From contig CAVUBL010000010.1 in NCBI GenBank assembly GCA_963739795.1, forward strand, positions 178,799 through 242,798: a stretch of 64,000 nucleotides of DNA, in the 5' to 3' direction. Within the stretch, counting starts at the first letter, position 1. Each line of letters begins with the position of its first letter. This stretch comes from an uncultured Acidobacteriota bacterium (GTDB taxonomy: Bacteria > Acidobacteriota > Thermoanaerobaculia > Multivoradales > DATKCC01). The position numbers and the translations under genes were made by a program. Shown one piece after another: positions 52,636-62,316 of this stretch. The notes under the pieces are model-generated. The model had not been told where the DNA came from, did no database searches, and saw only the letters and a program-made list of their open reading frames with translations.

Positions 52636-54471
52636 GTGAGCGTTCCTGCCGTCCATTCCATCGTCGAGGAGAAGATCCGGTCCCTGCCGGACCGCCCCGG
52701 GATCTACGTCTTCAAGGACGCCCGGGGCAGGGCGCTGTACGTGGGCAAGGCCAAGAGCCTCAGGAAGCGGGGAGCCTCCTACCTGACCCGCGGCCACGAC
52801 CCGCGGATCGAGGCGATGCTCGCCGAAGCCCGGGACCTGGACTTCGTCCTCACGGACTCGGGGGCCGAGGCCCTCTTGCTGGAGAACAACTGGATCAAGA
52901 CCAAGCGCCCGCGCTACAACATCCTGCTGCGCGACGACAAGACCTACCCCTACCTCAAGCTCACCGCCGATCCCTTCCCGCGCCTCGCCTTCACCCGCCG
53001 CATTCGCGACGACGGCGCCGAGTACTTCGGGCCCTTCATCCCCGGCGGGCGCGCGCGCAAAGCGATCAAGCTCACCCAGAAGCTGTTCGGCATCCGGGTG
53101 TGCCGGATCGAGATCGACGGCACCTTGCCTCGGCCCTGTCTGTACTACGACATGCACCGCTGCCTGGGGCCCTGCGTCGCCGGACTCACGACTCCGGCTG
53201 CCTACGCGGAGGGGATCGCCGAGGCGCGCCTGTTCCTGTCGGGCCGGACCGACCGGCTGGTCAAGCGCATGAAGCGACGCATGGGCACCGCAGCCGAACG
53301 CCTCGATTTCGAGGAGGCGGCGCGCCTGCGCGACCTGATCGCCGAGGTCGAAGGCCTCACCGAGCGCCGCAAGCTCTCCTCGGTGGCGGGGGAGGACGTG
53401 GACGTGTTCGGAGTGCACGCGGCGGGGGACCATGCGGCCCTCACGGTGCTGGTCATGCGCGGCGGCCAGATCCTCGACCGGCGCGAGCTGTTCTGGGAAG
53501 GGATCGGCGAGGTGACCGCCGAAGGGCTCCTGTCGGAGGTGGTCCCCCAGATCTACGACCGCACGACCTTCATCCCCAAGGAGGTCCACCTGCCGGCGCC
53601 GGTGGAGGAGCCCGAGGCCCTCGCCGAATGGCTCTCGGAAAAGAAGGGTGAGCGGGTCTACGTGCGGATGCCGTCGCGGGGGCCGAAGGCGGACCGCGTG
53701 GCGCTGGCGGGACGGAACGCCGAGATGGCCTGGAAGCGCCGTTTCCGCCAGGCCCGGGAGCCCGCGGCCGGCGCCGAGGCTCTGGCCCACCACCTCCACC
53801 TCCTCGAGCCCCCACGCCGCATCGAAGGCTTCGACATCTCCACCTTCCACGGCGGAGAGACCGTGGCCTCGGTGGTGGTCTGGGAGGAGGGACGGATGCG
53901 CAAGCGCGAGTACCGAAGCCTGAACATCCGCGGCCTCGAGGGAGAGGCCGACGACTTCTTCTCCATGGGCCAGGCGGTGGAGCGGCGGTACCGCCGGCGC
54001 CTGGACGAGGTGGGCGAGATGCCGGAGCTGATCCTCATCGACGGCGGCCGTGGGCAGCTCAACGCCGCCCTGGAGGCCCTGGTCGCCCTGAGAGTGGAGG
54101 AGACGCCCATCGTCGGCCTGGCCAAGCGCGAGGAGGAGCTCTACTTGCCCGAGCGGCCCGAGCCCCTCCGGCTGCCCCGCGGCGACGCCGGCCTCCAGCT
54201 CTTGCAGGAGATCCGCGACGAGGCACACCGCTTCGCCGTCGCCCGCCACCGCAAGCGGCGCTCGAAGCGGACCCTGCGCAGCCGCCTGGACGACCTGCCG
54301 GGAGTGGGTCCGCGCCGGCGCCGGCTTCTGCTGCGGCGGTTCGGAAGCGTCGACGGCGTGCGCAGCGCCGAGGTGGCGGCGCTCCAGGAAGTCCTGGGTC
54401 CGGTGGTCGGTCGCAGGGTCTGGGAGGGGCTGCGTCCGGAGGCCGAGCGGCCGGACGCTCCTTCGGCTTGA
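52636..54471 (+). CDS. uvrC: excinuclease ABC subunit C
   Basis: GIY-YIG domain (PGIYVFKDARGRALYVGKAKSLRKR), UVR domain, RNase H-like endonuclease domain and C-terminal HhH. Confidence 0.9.
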   Translation: MSVPAVHSIVEEKIRSLPDRPGIYVFKDARGRALYVGKAKSLRKRGASYLTRGHDPRIEAMLAEARDLDFVLTDSGAEALLLENNWIKTKRPRYNILLRDDKTYPYLKLTADPFPRLAFTRRIRDDGAEYFGPFIPGGRARKAIKLTQKLFGIRVCRIEIDGTLPRPCLYYDMHRCLGPCVAGLTTPAAYAEGIAEARLFLSGRTDRLVKRMKRRMGTAAERLDFEEAARLRDLIAEVEGLTERRKLSSVAGEDVDVFGVHAAGDHAALTVLVMRGGQILDRRELFWEGIGEVTAEGLLSEVVPQIYDRTTFIPKEVHLPAPVEEPEALAEWLSEKKGERVYVRMPSRGPKADRVALAGRNAEMAWKRRFRQAREPAAGAEALAHHLHLLEPPRRIEGFDISTFHGGETVASVVVWEEGRMRKREYRSLNIRGLEGEADDFFSMGQAVERRYRRRLDEVGEMPELILIDGGRGQLNAALEALVALRVEETPIVGLAKREEELYLPERPEPLRLPRGDAGLQLLQEIRDEAHRFAVARHRKRRSKRTLRSRLDDLPGVGPRRRRLLLRRFGSVDGVRSAEVAALQEVLGPVVGRRVWEGLRPEAERPDAPSA

Positions 54472-54495
54472 TCTCGGGATAGACTGTCCCTTCGT

Positions 54496-55314
54496 ATGAT
54501 GGGAAAACTCGCCACGATCCAGGTCCTGTCCCGCTTCCAAGAACGGGTGCGCCGGGACCTGGACCGCTCGCCTCTGGATCTGGACTCCGATACGCACCGG
54601 CGCCGGCTCGCGGAGATCCTCGTACGCTGTGGCCGCGACACCCACTACGAGTTGCTGGGCGTGTCCCCCGGGGCCGGCGAGAGCGAGGTGCATTCGGCCT
54701 ACCTCCGCCTCGCCCGCGAGGTCCACCCGGACCACGCCGACCACCTCGGCCTCGGCGGGCGCCAGGGGGTCATCGAGGTCCTCTTCGAGCGGGCGACGGA
54801 AGCCTACCTGGTGCTCTGCGACCCCCATCGGCGCAGCGAGTACGACCGCTGGGCCGCCGTCGAGTCCCGGCGGACGGAGGAGGAGCGGCGCGAGGAGGCC
54901 CGCGACCTGACCCGCGATCTGGTGGCTCGGGCCGCCATCCTGGTCGACCGGGAGGACTACCACTTCGCCTTGGAGATCCTGCGCCAGGCGGTGCGCACCG
55001 ATCCGGAGTCCCACGAGGCCTGGGCGCTCCTCGGCAGGGTCCAGGCGCGCAACCCGAAGTGGCTGCACATGGCTAACGACAACCTGCGGCGCGCGATCGA
55101 GCTCGCGCCGGACCAGATCGAGTACCGCTACGCCCTGGCCGAGGTGGAAGAGAAGCGGGGGCGCCGCGAGCCGGCCCTGCGGCTCTACGAGCAGATCCTG
55201 GAGAGCCTTCCCGGCCACCCCCTGGCCACCGAGGCCCGCGACCGCTTGGCCAGCAAGCTCAAGGCGGAGACCAAGGAGGGCCGGCGGGGTGCCGGGCTCT
55301 TCCGCAAGCGCTGA
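54496..55314 (+). CDS. DnaJ-domain (J-domain) protein with TPR repeats
   Basis: J-domain (HYELLGVSPGAGESEVHSAYLRLAREVHPDHAD, HPD present) followed by TPR-like repeats. Confidence 0.75.
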   Translation: MMGKLATIQVLSRFQERVRRDLDRSPLDLDSDTHRRRLAEILVRCGRDTHYELLGVSPGAGESEVHSAYLRLAREVHPDHADHLGLGGRQGVIEVLFERATEAYLVLCDPHRRSEYDRWAAVESRRTEEERREEARDLTRDLVARAAILVDREDYHFALEILRQAVRTDPESHEAWALLGRVQARNPKWLHMANDNLRRAIELAPDQIEYRYALAEVEEKRGRREPALRLYEQILESLPGHPLATEARDRLASKLKAETKEGRRGAGLFRKR

Positions 55315-55433
55315 CCTGCGTCCGCCTTCCCGGCCGGGAAGAAGGATGGGGCGTCCAGTCCCCCTTCAGAGGTGGACACGGAATCGAACGCTCGCCGGGA
55401 AGGGTAGGCCGCCTCGATTCCGTTAGACTAGTG

Positions 55434-55855
<422 letters not shown>

Positions 55856-55873
<18 letters not shown>

Positions 55874-56776
55874 TCGTTTCCACCCCCGGTCCGCCCCGGC
55901 GACCGGGTGGGCGTGGCGGCCCTCTCGGGGCCGGTGGACGCGGAGCGCCTGGCCCGAGGCCTGGCGGCCCTCGAAGAGCTCGGCTTCGAGCCGGTGCCGG
56001 CGGCGAACCTGGGCTCTCGATCCGGCCTGTTCGCCGGCTCGGACGCCGAGCGGCTCGACGCCTTCCATCGCCTGGCTGCCGATCCGTCGATCCGGGCCGT
56101 GATCTTCGCCCGGGGCGGGTACGGCGTCACCCGCCTCCTGCCCGGGATCGACTGGGAGCTCCTCGCCCGCCACCCGCGGGCCTACGTCGGCTACTCCGAC
56201 CTGACACCGTTTCTCCTCGCCGTGGTCTTCCGCCTCGGCTGGGTGGCGTTCCACGGGCCCATGGTGGCGGCAGACCTGGCGCGCGGCCTCTCCGAGCGGG
56301 AGGAGCGGAGCCTGCTCGGGGCCCTGGCCGGCGAGGTGGCGCCGGAGCTTCTGCCCGCGGCCACCTGGCTCCGCCGGGGCGAGGCGCAGGGGCCGCTCCT
56401 CGGTGGCTGCCTCAGCCTCCTCGTCTCGTTGCTCGGCACGCCCTGGGCACCGCGGCTCGAGGGTTCGATTCTCTTCTGGGAGGAGGTCGGTGAGCCCATC
56501 TACCGCCTCGACCGAATGTTGACCCACCTCAGGCTGTCGGGTAGTCTCGCCGCCATCGGAGGCATGGCGGTCGGCCACTGCCGGCCCGTGGGCGAAGGCG
56601 CCGAAGGGGCTCCTCTCCGGCCCGATCAGCTCGCGGAGGTGGTGGCCGGTTTCGCTTGGCCGGTGGCGGTGGGGCTGGAGGCGGGCCACGAGGCGCCGAA
56701 CCTGACGTTGCCCCTCGGTGCCACGGCCCGGCTCGACTCCGAGGCCGGCGGCTTGGAGGTGAGGTTTCCTCGATGA
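55856..56776 (+). CDS. ldcA: LD-carboxypeptidase (peptidase S66, muramoyltetrapeptide carboxypeptidase)
   Basis: S66 motifs (PGDRVGVAALSGP, IFARGGYGVTRLL, YVGYSDLTPFL, ILFWEEVGEPIYRLDRMLTHL). The annotated ATG overlaps the rnpB 3' end by about 18 nt. An in-frame GTG near 55904 is an alternative start. Confidence 0.75.
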
Positions 56777-57564
56777 ACAACACCGTGTTCAAGACCACCG
56801 GGCGCCCACCGGCGCCCGCCTATAAGAGTGTCGACCGGGCGGAGGGAGAGTGGGTCTTCGAGGAGGCGACCCTCGGCACCGAGATGTACATCGTGCAGGA
56901 GGGACAGGTCGAGGTCCTCAAGAGGGTCGGGGAGGAGGATCGCCAGCTCACGGTGCTCGAGAAGGGGGATTTCTTCGGCGAGATGGCCCTCCTCGAGGGG
57001 CTTCCCCGGGCTGCCGGCGTCCGCGCCCTGACCGCGGTCAAGCTTCTCGAGATCAACGGTGCCACGTTCAACAAGATGCTCCGGGACAACCCGGAGATCG
57101 CGGTGCGGATGATGCGCAAGCTCTCCCGCCGCATGCGCGAGACCGACGCCCTGCTGCGCGAGCTGGGCGCCGAGCAGATCCCCCAGGGCCCGCCGGCACC
57201 TCCGGAGCCGGCCCGCCAGGAAGAGGTGGAGACGGAGGCGGTTTCGGAGCACCTGGTGCACAAGAAGTCGGGCATGGACTTCTTCTTCGCCCGGGGAACC
57301 GAGACCAGCGTCGGCCGGCGCGATCCGGTGACCGGCATCTACCCCGACGTCGACCTCTCCCCGGTGGACAGTCAGCGCTCCATCAGCCGCCGCCACGCCA
57401 AGATCTTCCGTCGCGGGGCGAAGTACTTCCTCTCCGAGGAGATCGGCACGATGAACGGCACCTTCGTCAACGGCGAGCGCCTGGAGACCGGCGTGCCGGC
57501 CGAGGTCAAGCCGGGGGACGAGCTGCGCATCGGCGTCGTCGAGCTCGAGTTCCGCCTGTCCTGA
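56773..57564 (+). CDS. cyclic-nucleotide-binding domain protein with C-terminal FHA domain
   Basis: cNMP-binding signature (KGDFFGEMALLEGLPRAAGVRAL), a Pro-rich linker, then an FHA-like fold (SVGRR...SISRRHAKIFRRGAKYFLSEEIGTMNGTFVNGERL). ATGA overlap with ldcA. Confidence 0.7.
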   Translation: MNNTVFKTTGRPPAPAYKSVDRAEGEWVFEEATLGTEMYIVQEGQVEVLKRVGEEDRQLTVLEKGDFFGEMALLEGLPRAAGVRALTAVKLLEINGATFNKMLRDNPEIAVRMMRKLSRRMRETDALLRELGAEQIPQGPPAPPEPARQEEVETEAVSEHLVHKKSGMDFFFARGTETSVGRRDPVTGIYPDVDLSPVDSQRSISRRHAKIFRRGAKYFLSEEIGTMNGTFVNGERLETGVPAEVKPGDELRIGVVELEFRLS

Positions 57565-57575
57565 GGGCCTTTTCG

Positions 57576-58046
57576 ATGTTCGGGCGGATCATGGTGGTGA
57601 CCGGGATGCTCGCGACCGCGGGCCTGGGGCTGGTGGCGGCCCAGGGCTATCGCGGTGCCGCCGGCGGCGAGGCTCTCCGCCTCCACGTTCTGACCGCCCT
57701 GACCGCCGTCCTGGTCTTCATCCTCGCCCACGCCTGGGTCCTCTTCTACCTGGTGGGGGCCGTCCGAGTGATCGGGGAGACCGCCCGCGAGGCGGGCCGC
57801 GAGGAGCTGCTGCAGCCTGCCCTGACCCGCTTCGGCCGCCGCACCCTTCCGCCGCTCCTGGGCGCCCTGGCGGCGGGCCTGGCCCTGTTCCTGGCCGGGG
57901 TCGCGGTCTACGCTCACCAGGTTCCGGCGGCGGTTCACGGCGGCCTCTTCTGGCTGCTGGTCGCCCTCGAGCTGTGGGCCGCCTGGGGGGAGTGGCGGGC
58001 GCTCCTGGCGAGCGAGCGGATCGTGGCCGGGCTACAGGCCGCCTGA
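57576..58046 (+). CDS. hypothetical integral membrane protein (4 predicted TM)
   Basis: The ATG lies 12 nt after the upstream stop. It has four hydrophobic segments and sits between the cNMP-FHA gene and scpA. Confidence 0.45.
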   Translation: MFGRIMVVTGMLATAGLGLVAAQGYRGAAGGEALRLHVLTALTAVLVFILAHAWVLFYLVGAVRVIGETAREAGREELLQPALTRFGRRTLPPLLGALAAGLALFLAGVAVYAHQVPAAVHGGLFWLLVALELWAAWGEWRALLASERIVAGLQAA

Positions 58047-58111
58047 CCCCGTCGCGGAACCTCCCGGCGAAGCGTCTCGCCGGCCGGGGTGCGCGGTATC
58101 ATCGACTGCCC

Positions 58112-58906
58112 ATGAGCCGCCTGACTCCCCCTGTGCGCAGCCTGTTGCCCGAGTCCTGGCGGGTCGATCTTCCCCGGTTCGACGGTCCCCTGGACCTGCT
58201 CCTGCACCTGGTGAAGATCAACGAGGTGGAGATCGTCGACATCCCGGTCGCCCGCGTGTGCGATCAGTTTCACGAGTATCTATCGCTGATGGAAGAGCTC
58301 AACCTGGACGTGGCCGGCGAGTTCATCTATGAGGCCGCGCTCCTGATCCACCTCAAGTCGCGGATGCTCCTGCCCCGTCCCCGGGTCGAAGAAGGGGAGC
58401 CGGAAGAGGATCCGCGCGAGGAGCTGGTCCAGCGCCTCCTCGAGTACCGGCGCCTCAAGGAGGCGGCCCAGTCCCTGGGCGAGCTGGACAGCGTGCGCCG
58501 CGGGATCTGGGCACGGGACGTGCCGCGTCCCGACCTGCCGGCGGACGACCGGGAGCTCGACCTGGGCGACGTCTCCCTCTTCGACCTCCTGTCGGCCTTG
58601 AAGGAGGCCCTCGCCCGCTTCGAGAAGGAGCATCCGCCGCCATTCCACCTGTCCCGCGAGACGTACTCGGTGCGCGACCAGGTGCACCGGCTCCTGGGCG
58701 TCCTCGACGCCGGCCGCCCCTTCGACTTCGTGGCGGACCTGGTGGGGCTCTCGTGCCGTTCCGAGGCCATCGCAGCCTTCCTGGCCCTCCTGGAGCTCGC
58801 CCGCCTCCACCTGGTGCGCGTCCATCAGACCGGGGCCGGCGACCTGCTGCTCTACCGCACCACCCGCGAGGCCCGGAACGAAGAGCTGGAGGCGCTCAAG
58901 CCGTGA
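58112..58906 (+). CDS. scpA: segregation and condensation protein A
   Basis: ScpA motifs (FDGPLDLLLHLVKINEVEIVDIPVARVCDQFHEYL, EFIYEAALLIHLKSRMLLP). The start is taken at the Met of MSRLTPP; the track ORF begins at an upstream alternative start. Confidence 0.85.
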   Translation: MSRLTPPVRSLLPESWRVDLPRFDGPLDLLLHLVKINEVEIVDIPVARVCDQFHEYLSLMEELNLDVAGEFIYEAALLIHLKSRMLLPRPRVEEGEPEEDPREELVQRLLEYRRLKEAAQSLGELDSVRRGIWARDVPRPDLPADDRELDLGDVSLFDLLSALKEALARFEKEHPPPFHLSRETYSVRDQVHRLLGVLDAGRPFDFVADLVGLSCRSEAIAAFLALLELARLHLVRVHQTGAGDLLLYRTTREARNEELEALKP

Positions 58907-59595
58907 CCGAACGGGCGGAGATGGAAGCCGCGATCGAGGCGGTCCTGTTCGTCGCGGGCGAGCCCGTGCCCCGGCAGCGGCTGGTGGAGCTCTTCGAGGA
59001 GGCCGAGCGTGCCGAGGCCGAGGAGGCCCTCGGGGCCGTCCTCGGGCGCTACGACGGTGCCGGCCGGGGCGTCATGGTCGACGAGGCGGCCGGCGGCGTG
59101 CGGCTGGTCACCCGGCCCGAGCTCCACGAGTGGCTGCGGCGCTTCTTCGAGGCGTCGGGGACCACCAAGCTCTCCATGGCGGCTCTCGAGACCCTGGCCA
59201 TCGTCGCGTACCGGCAGCCGGTGACCGCGCCCGAGATCCAGGAGCTGAGGAGCGTCAACCCGTCCGGCGTGCTCAAGACCCTGCTCGAGCGCCGCATGGT
59301 GCGGATCGCCGGCCGCAAAGACGTGGTCGGAAAGCCCTTCCTCTATACGACGACGCGGGAGTTCCTGCTCCACTTCGGCCTCGGGAGCCTTAAAGACCTG
59401 CCGCCCCTCGAAGAGTTCGACGAGGCGTTCGGTGAGGGTGGGGGCGGGGAGGTCGGAGCGGCCGGAGCGCAGGACCGGGAGGAGAGCTTCTACCGGGAGG
59501 TGGCGGCGCTGGAGGAGATGGAATCTCTGGCCGAGGAGCCGGACGGCGAGGAGCGCGGCGAGCCGCTGGTGGGGGCAGGAGAGGAGGCGACGTGA
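58903..59595 (+). CDS. scpB: segregation and condensation protein B
   Basis: Winged-helix ScpB motifs (IEAVLFVAGEPV, LETLAIVAYRQPVTAPEIQELRSVNPSGVLKTLLERRMV). The GTG start overlaps the scpA stop (GTGA). An ATG 18 nt downstream is the alternative start. Confidence 0.85.
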   Translation: MTERAEMEAAIEAVLFVAGEPVPRQRLVELFEEAERAEAEEALGAVLGRYDGAGRGVMVDEAAGGVRLVTRPELHEWLRRFFEASGTTKLSMAALETLAIVAYRQPVTAPEIQELRSVNPSGVLKTLLERRMVRIAGRKDVVGKPFLYTTTREFLLHFGLGSLKDLPPLEEFDEAFGEGGGGEVGAAGAQDREESFYREVAALEEMESLAEEPDGEERGEPLVGAGEEAT

Positions 59596-60431
59596 GCGAG
59601 GAGAGGCTCCAGAAGATCCTGGCCCGGGCCGGGGTGACTTCCCGGCGCAAGGCCGAGACCCTGATCGAAGAGGGGCGGGTGACGGTCAACGGCAAGGTGG
59701 CGACTCTGGGGGACAAGGCCGACCCCGAGTCGGCCGCCATCAAGGTCGACGGGAAGCGAATCGAGCCCCGGACCGCCCATCGCTACCTGGTGATGAACAA
59801 GCCCATCGGAGTGATGAGCACCGGCTCCGACCCCGAGGGGCGGCCGACGGTCCTCGACCTGGTCCCGGCCCGCTTCCGGAAGGCCCTGGTGCCCGTGGGC
59901 CGCCTGGACTTCCAGACCGAGGGCCTGCTGCTGCTCACCGACGACGGCGACTTCGCCCACCGCGTGGCCCACCCCCGCTACGGCTGCCACAAGGTCTACG
60001 AGGTCAAGGTCAAGGGCCAGCCCCCGGCCGCCGAGATGGAGAAGCTGCGCCATCGGGGCGTGGTCATCGATGGCCGGCACACGGTTCCGGTGCGGCTCGA
60101 TCCCCTACGCGTGACCGGGTCCCGGGAGGGCAAGAACACCTGGTGGACGGTGGAGCTCGCCGAGGGGCGGACCCGCCAGATCCGCGAGATGTTCTTCCGG
60201 ATCGGCCATCCGGTGCAGCGCCTGCGGCGGGTTGCCATCGGCCCTCTGCGCGACGCCTCCCTGCCCCCGGGGGCGCTCCGGGAGCTCACCGAGGAGGAGG
60301 TGGAGGCCCTGCGCGGCTCGACGCGGAGCTCCCGCGGCGGGAAGGGGCGCCGGCGGCGCCCGGGCTGGGCGAGCGCATCGCCTCGGAGCTCGAAGCGCAG
60401 ACCGAGGCGAGGAACCGGAGAGAACCGTTGA
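59592..60431 (+). CDS. rluB: 23S rRNA pseudouridine synthase, RsuA/RluB family, with S4 domain
   Basis: S4 domain (ERLQKILARAGVTSRRKAETLIEEGRVTVNG), the catalytic GRLDFQTEGLLLLTDDG motif and a basic C-terminal tail. GTGA overlap with scpB. Confidence 0.85.
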   Translation: MSEERLQKILARAGVTSRRKAETLIEEGRVTVNGKVATLGDKADPESAAIKVDGKRIEPRTAHRYLVMNKPIGVMSTGSDPEGRPTVLDLVPARFRKALVPVGRLDFQTEGLLLLTDDGDFAHRVAHPRYGCHKVYEVKVKGQPPAAEMEKLRHRGVVIDGRHTVPVRLDPLRVTGSREGKNTWWTVELAEGRTRQIREMFFRIGHPVQRLRRVAIGPLRDASLPPGALRELTEEEVEALRGSTRSSRGGKGRRRRPGWASASPRSSKRRPRRGTGENR

Positions 60432-61597
60432 GGGCGGCCCGAGGCGGTCAGTCGCGGCCCGCGGGAGCCGAGGCGACACCGCCGTACCGGGCCCCGGAGT
60501 GGGTGCGCTCGCTGCCGCTCTACGCTCCGGCCGCCGCGGTCGGCTCCTCGGGGGACGTGGTCCACCTCGCGTCGAACGAGAACCCGCTCGGGCCGTCCCC
60601 GCGGGCCCTCGAGGCGCTCGCGGGGGTCACCGGCGAGCTGCATCGCTACCCGGACGCCGGTGCCTACGCCCTGCGCCGAGACCTGGCGGCGGCGGCGGAC
60701 CTCGAAGGCTCGGGCCGCGGCGGCGCGGCCCAGGTCGTGGTGGGCAACGGCTCGGGCGAGCTGATCGAGCTCCTGTGCCGGACGTTTGTGAGCGACGGCG
60801 AGCGGGTGGTCCTGTCGGCGGGCTCCTTCCTCCTCTACCGGATCGCCGCCCGGGCGGTGAACGCCGAGGTCGTCGAAGTCCCTCTGACGGCGGGCTCGAG
60901 GTGCGACCTGGAGGCCCTGGCGGAGGCCGCGGTCGGAGGCCGGGGCGGTGAGGGGCGGCCGGCGCGACTCGTCTTCCTCGCCAACCCCAACAACCCCACC
61001 GGCACCTTCGCGTCGAAGCGGGAGCTCGACCGCTACTTCGACCGGGTGGACGACCGGGTCTTGACGGTGGTGGACCAGGCGTATCAGGAGTACGTCGACC
61101 ACCCGGAGTACCCCGATGCCCTCGAGCACCTGCGCCGGGGCCGCAACGTCGTGGTCCTGGGCACGTTCTCCAAGATTCACGGCCTGGCTGGGCTGCGCCT
61201 GGGCTTCGCCTTCGGACCGGCGCCAGTCCTCGAGCCGGTCGAACGGGTGCGCAACCCGTTCAACACCTCGGCCCTCGCCCAGGCGGCGGCCCGGGCGGCG
61301 CTCGCCGACCGTGAGCATCTGGAGCGCTCCCGGCGCCACAACGCCGCCGAGAAGGCCTGGCTGGCCGCGGAGCTGACCCGGCGGGGCCTGCCACCGGTCA
61401 GCTCGGTGACCAACTTCGTCATGGTGGAGCTCCCCGGCGCCGCGGACGAGGTGGCACGGCGGCTCCTCGAGCGGGGCGTCGCCGTGCGCCCCCTGGGCGC
61501 TTTCGGCCTGCCCGAGGCTCTCCGCGTCACGGTCGGCACCCGCGCGGAGAACCTCCGCTTCCTCGAGTCCCTCGACACCCTGGAGGTACCGGCATGA
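60428..61597 (+). CDS. hisC: histidinol-phosphate / aromatic aminotransferase (class II PLP)
   Basis: Motifs NENPLGPSP, RYPD, VVGNGSGELIEL, ANPNNPTG, VVDQAYQEY and GTFSKIHGLAGLRLGFA. The proposed TTG start overlaps the rluB stop (TTGA). A GTG at 60503 is the alternative start. Confidence 0.8.
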   Translation: MRAARGGQSRPAGAEATPPYRAPEWVRSLPLYAPAAAVGSSGDVVHLASNENPLGPSPRALEALAGVTGELHRYPDAGAYALRRDLAAAADLEGSGRGGAAQVVVGNGSGELIELLCRTFVSDGERVVLSAGSFLLYRIAARAVNAEVVEVPLTAGSRCDLEALAEAAVGGRGGEGRPARLVFLANPNNPTGTFASKRELDRYFDRVDDRVLTVVDQAYQEYVDHPEYPDALEHLRRGRNVVVLGTFSKIHGLAGLRLGFAFGPAPVLEPVERVRNPFNTSALAQAAARAALADREHLERSRRHNAAEKAWLAAELTRRGLPPVSSVTNFVMVELPGAADEVARRLLERGVAVRPLGAFGLPEALRVTVGTRAENLRFLESLDTLEVPA

Positions 61598-62307
61598 ACG
61601 AGCCCCTGGAGAGCCCCTCCGTCCCTCGAACCGACGCACCCCTCGTGATCGCCATCGACGGGCCGTCCGGAGTGGGCAAGAGCACCGCCGCCCGGCGCCT
61701 CGCCCGGCGCCTGGAGGTGCCGTACCTCAACACCGGCGCCATGTACCGGGCCGTGGCCCTCGAGGCCCTCGAGTCCGGCGTGAATCCGGACGACGAGAAA
61801 GCGGTGGCGGACCTGGCGGAGCGCATCGATCTGGCTCTCGACCTCGATCCCGGCGACGGCGGGGCCCGAGTGCTGCTGGACGGCGACGCGGTGGGGGAGC
61901 GGATTCGTTCTCCCGAGGTCGGCGAGACCTCGTCGCGGCTGTCGACACACCCGGAGATCCGGCGGCGGCTGGTGGCCCTTCAGCAGGAGTTCGCCCGCCG
62001 ACACGGCGGAGTCCTCGAAGGCCGGGACATCGGTACCCGGGTGTTCCCGGAGACCCCCCACAAGTTCTTCCTCGACGCCCGGCAGGAGGTGCGCTACCGC
62101 CGCCGCTACGACGAGCTGGCTGCGGCCGGCAGCGACGTGAGCTACGGCGAGGTGACGGTGGAGATCGACCGCCGGGACCAGCGGGATGCCCACCGCGAGG
62201 AGTCGCCGCTGACCTACGACGAGAGCTACACCCTCATCGACACCTCCGACCTGGCCCCGGACGAGGTGGTCGACCGGATGGTCGAGGCGATCGGCGGGTC
62301 GGGGTAG
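61594..62307 (+). CDS. cmk: cytidylate kinase
   Basis: P-loop (IAIDGPSGVGKST), the NTGAMYRAVAL motif and the GRDIGTRVFP motif. ATGA overlap with hisC. Confidence 0.9.
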   Translation: MNEPLESPSVPRTDAPLVIAIDGPSGVGKSTAARRLARRLEVPYLNTGAMYRAVALEALESGVNPDDEKAVADLAERIDLALDLDPGDGGARVLLDGDAVGERIRSPEVGETSSRLSTHPEIRRRLVALQQEFARRHGGVLEGRDIGTRVFPETPHKFFLDARQEVRYRRRYDELAAAGSDVSYGEVTVEIDRRDQRDAHREESPLTYDESYTLIDTSDLAPDEVVDRMVEAIGGSG

Positions 62308-62316
62308 GAGACGGCC

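Noticed and set aside
51196-55218. 1340-aa minus-strand ORF spanning the CoA-transferase, uvrC and DnaJ-TPR genes
   Set aside because: Antisense or out of frame to three motif-supported plus-strand genes. No domains, and biased Arg/Gly/Pro/Ala composition.
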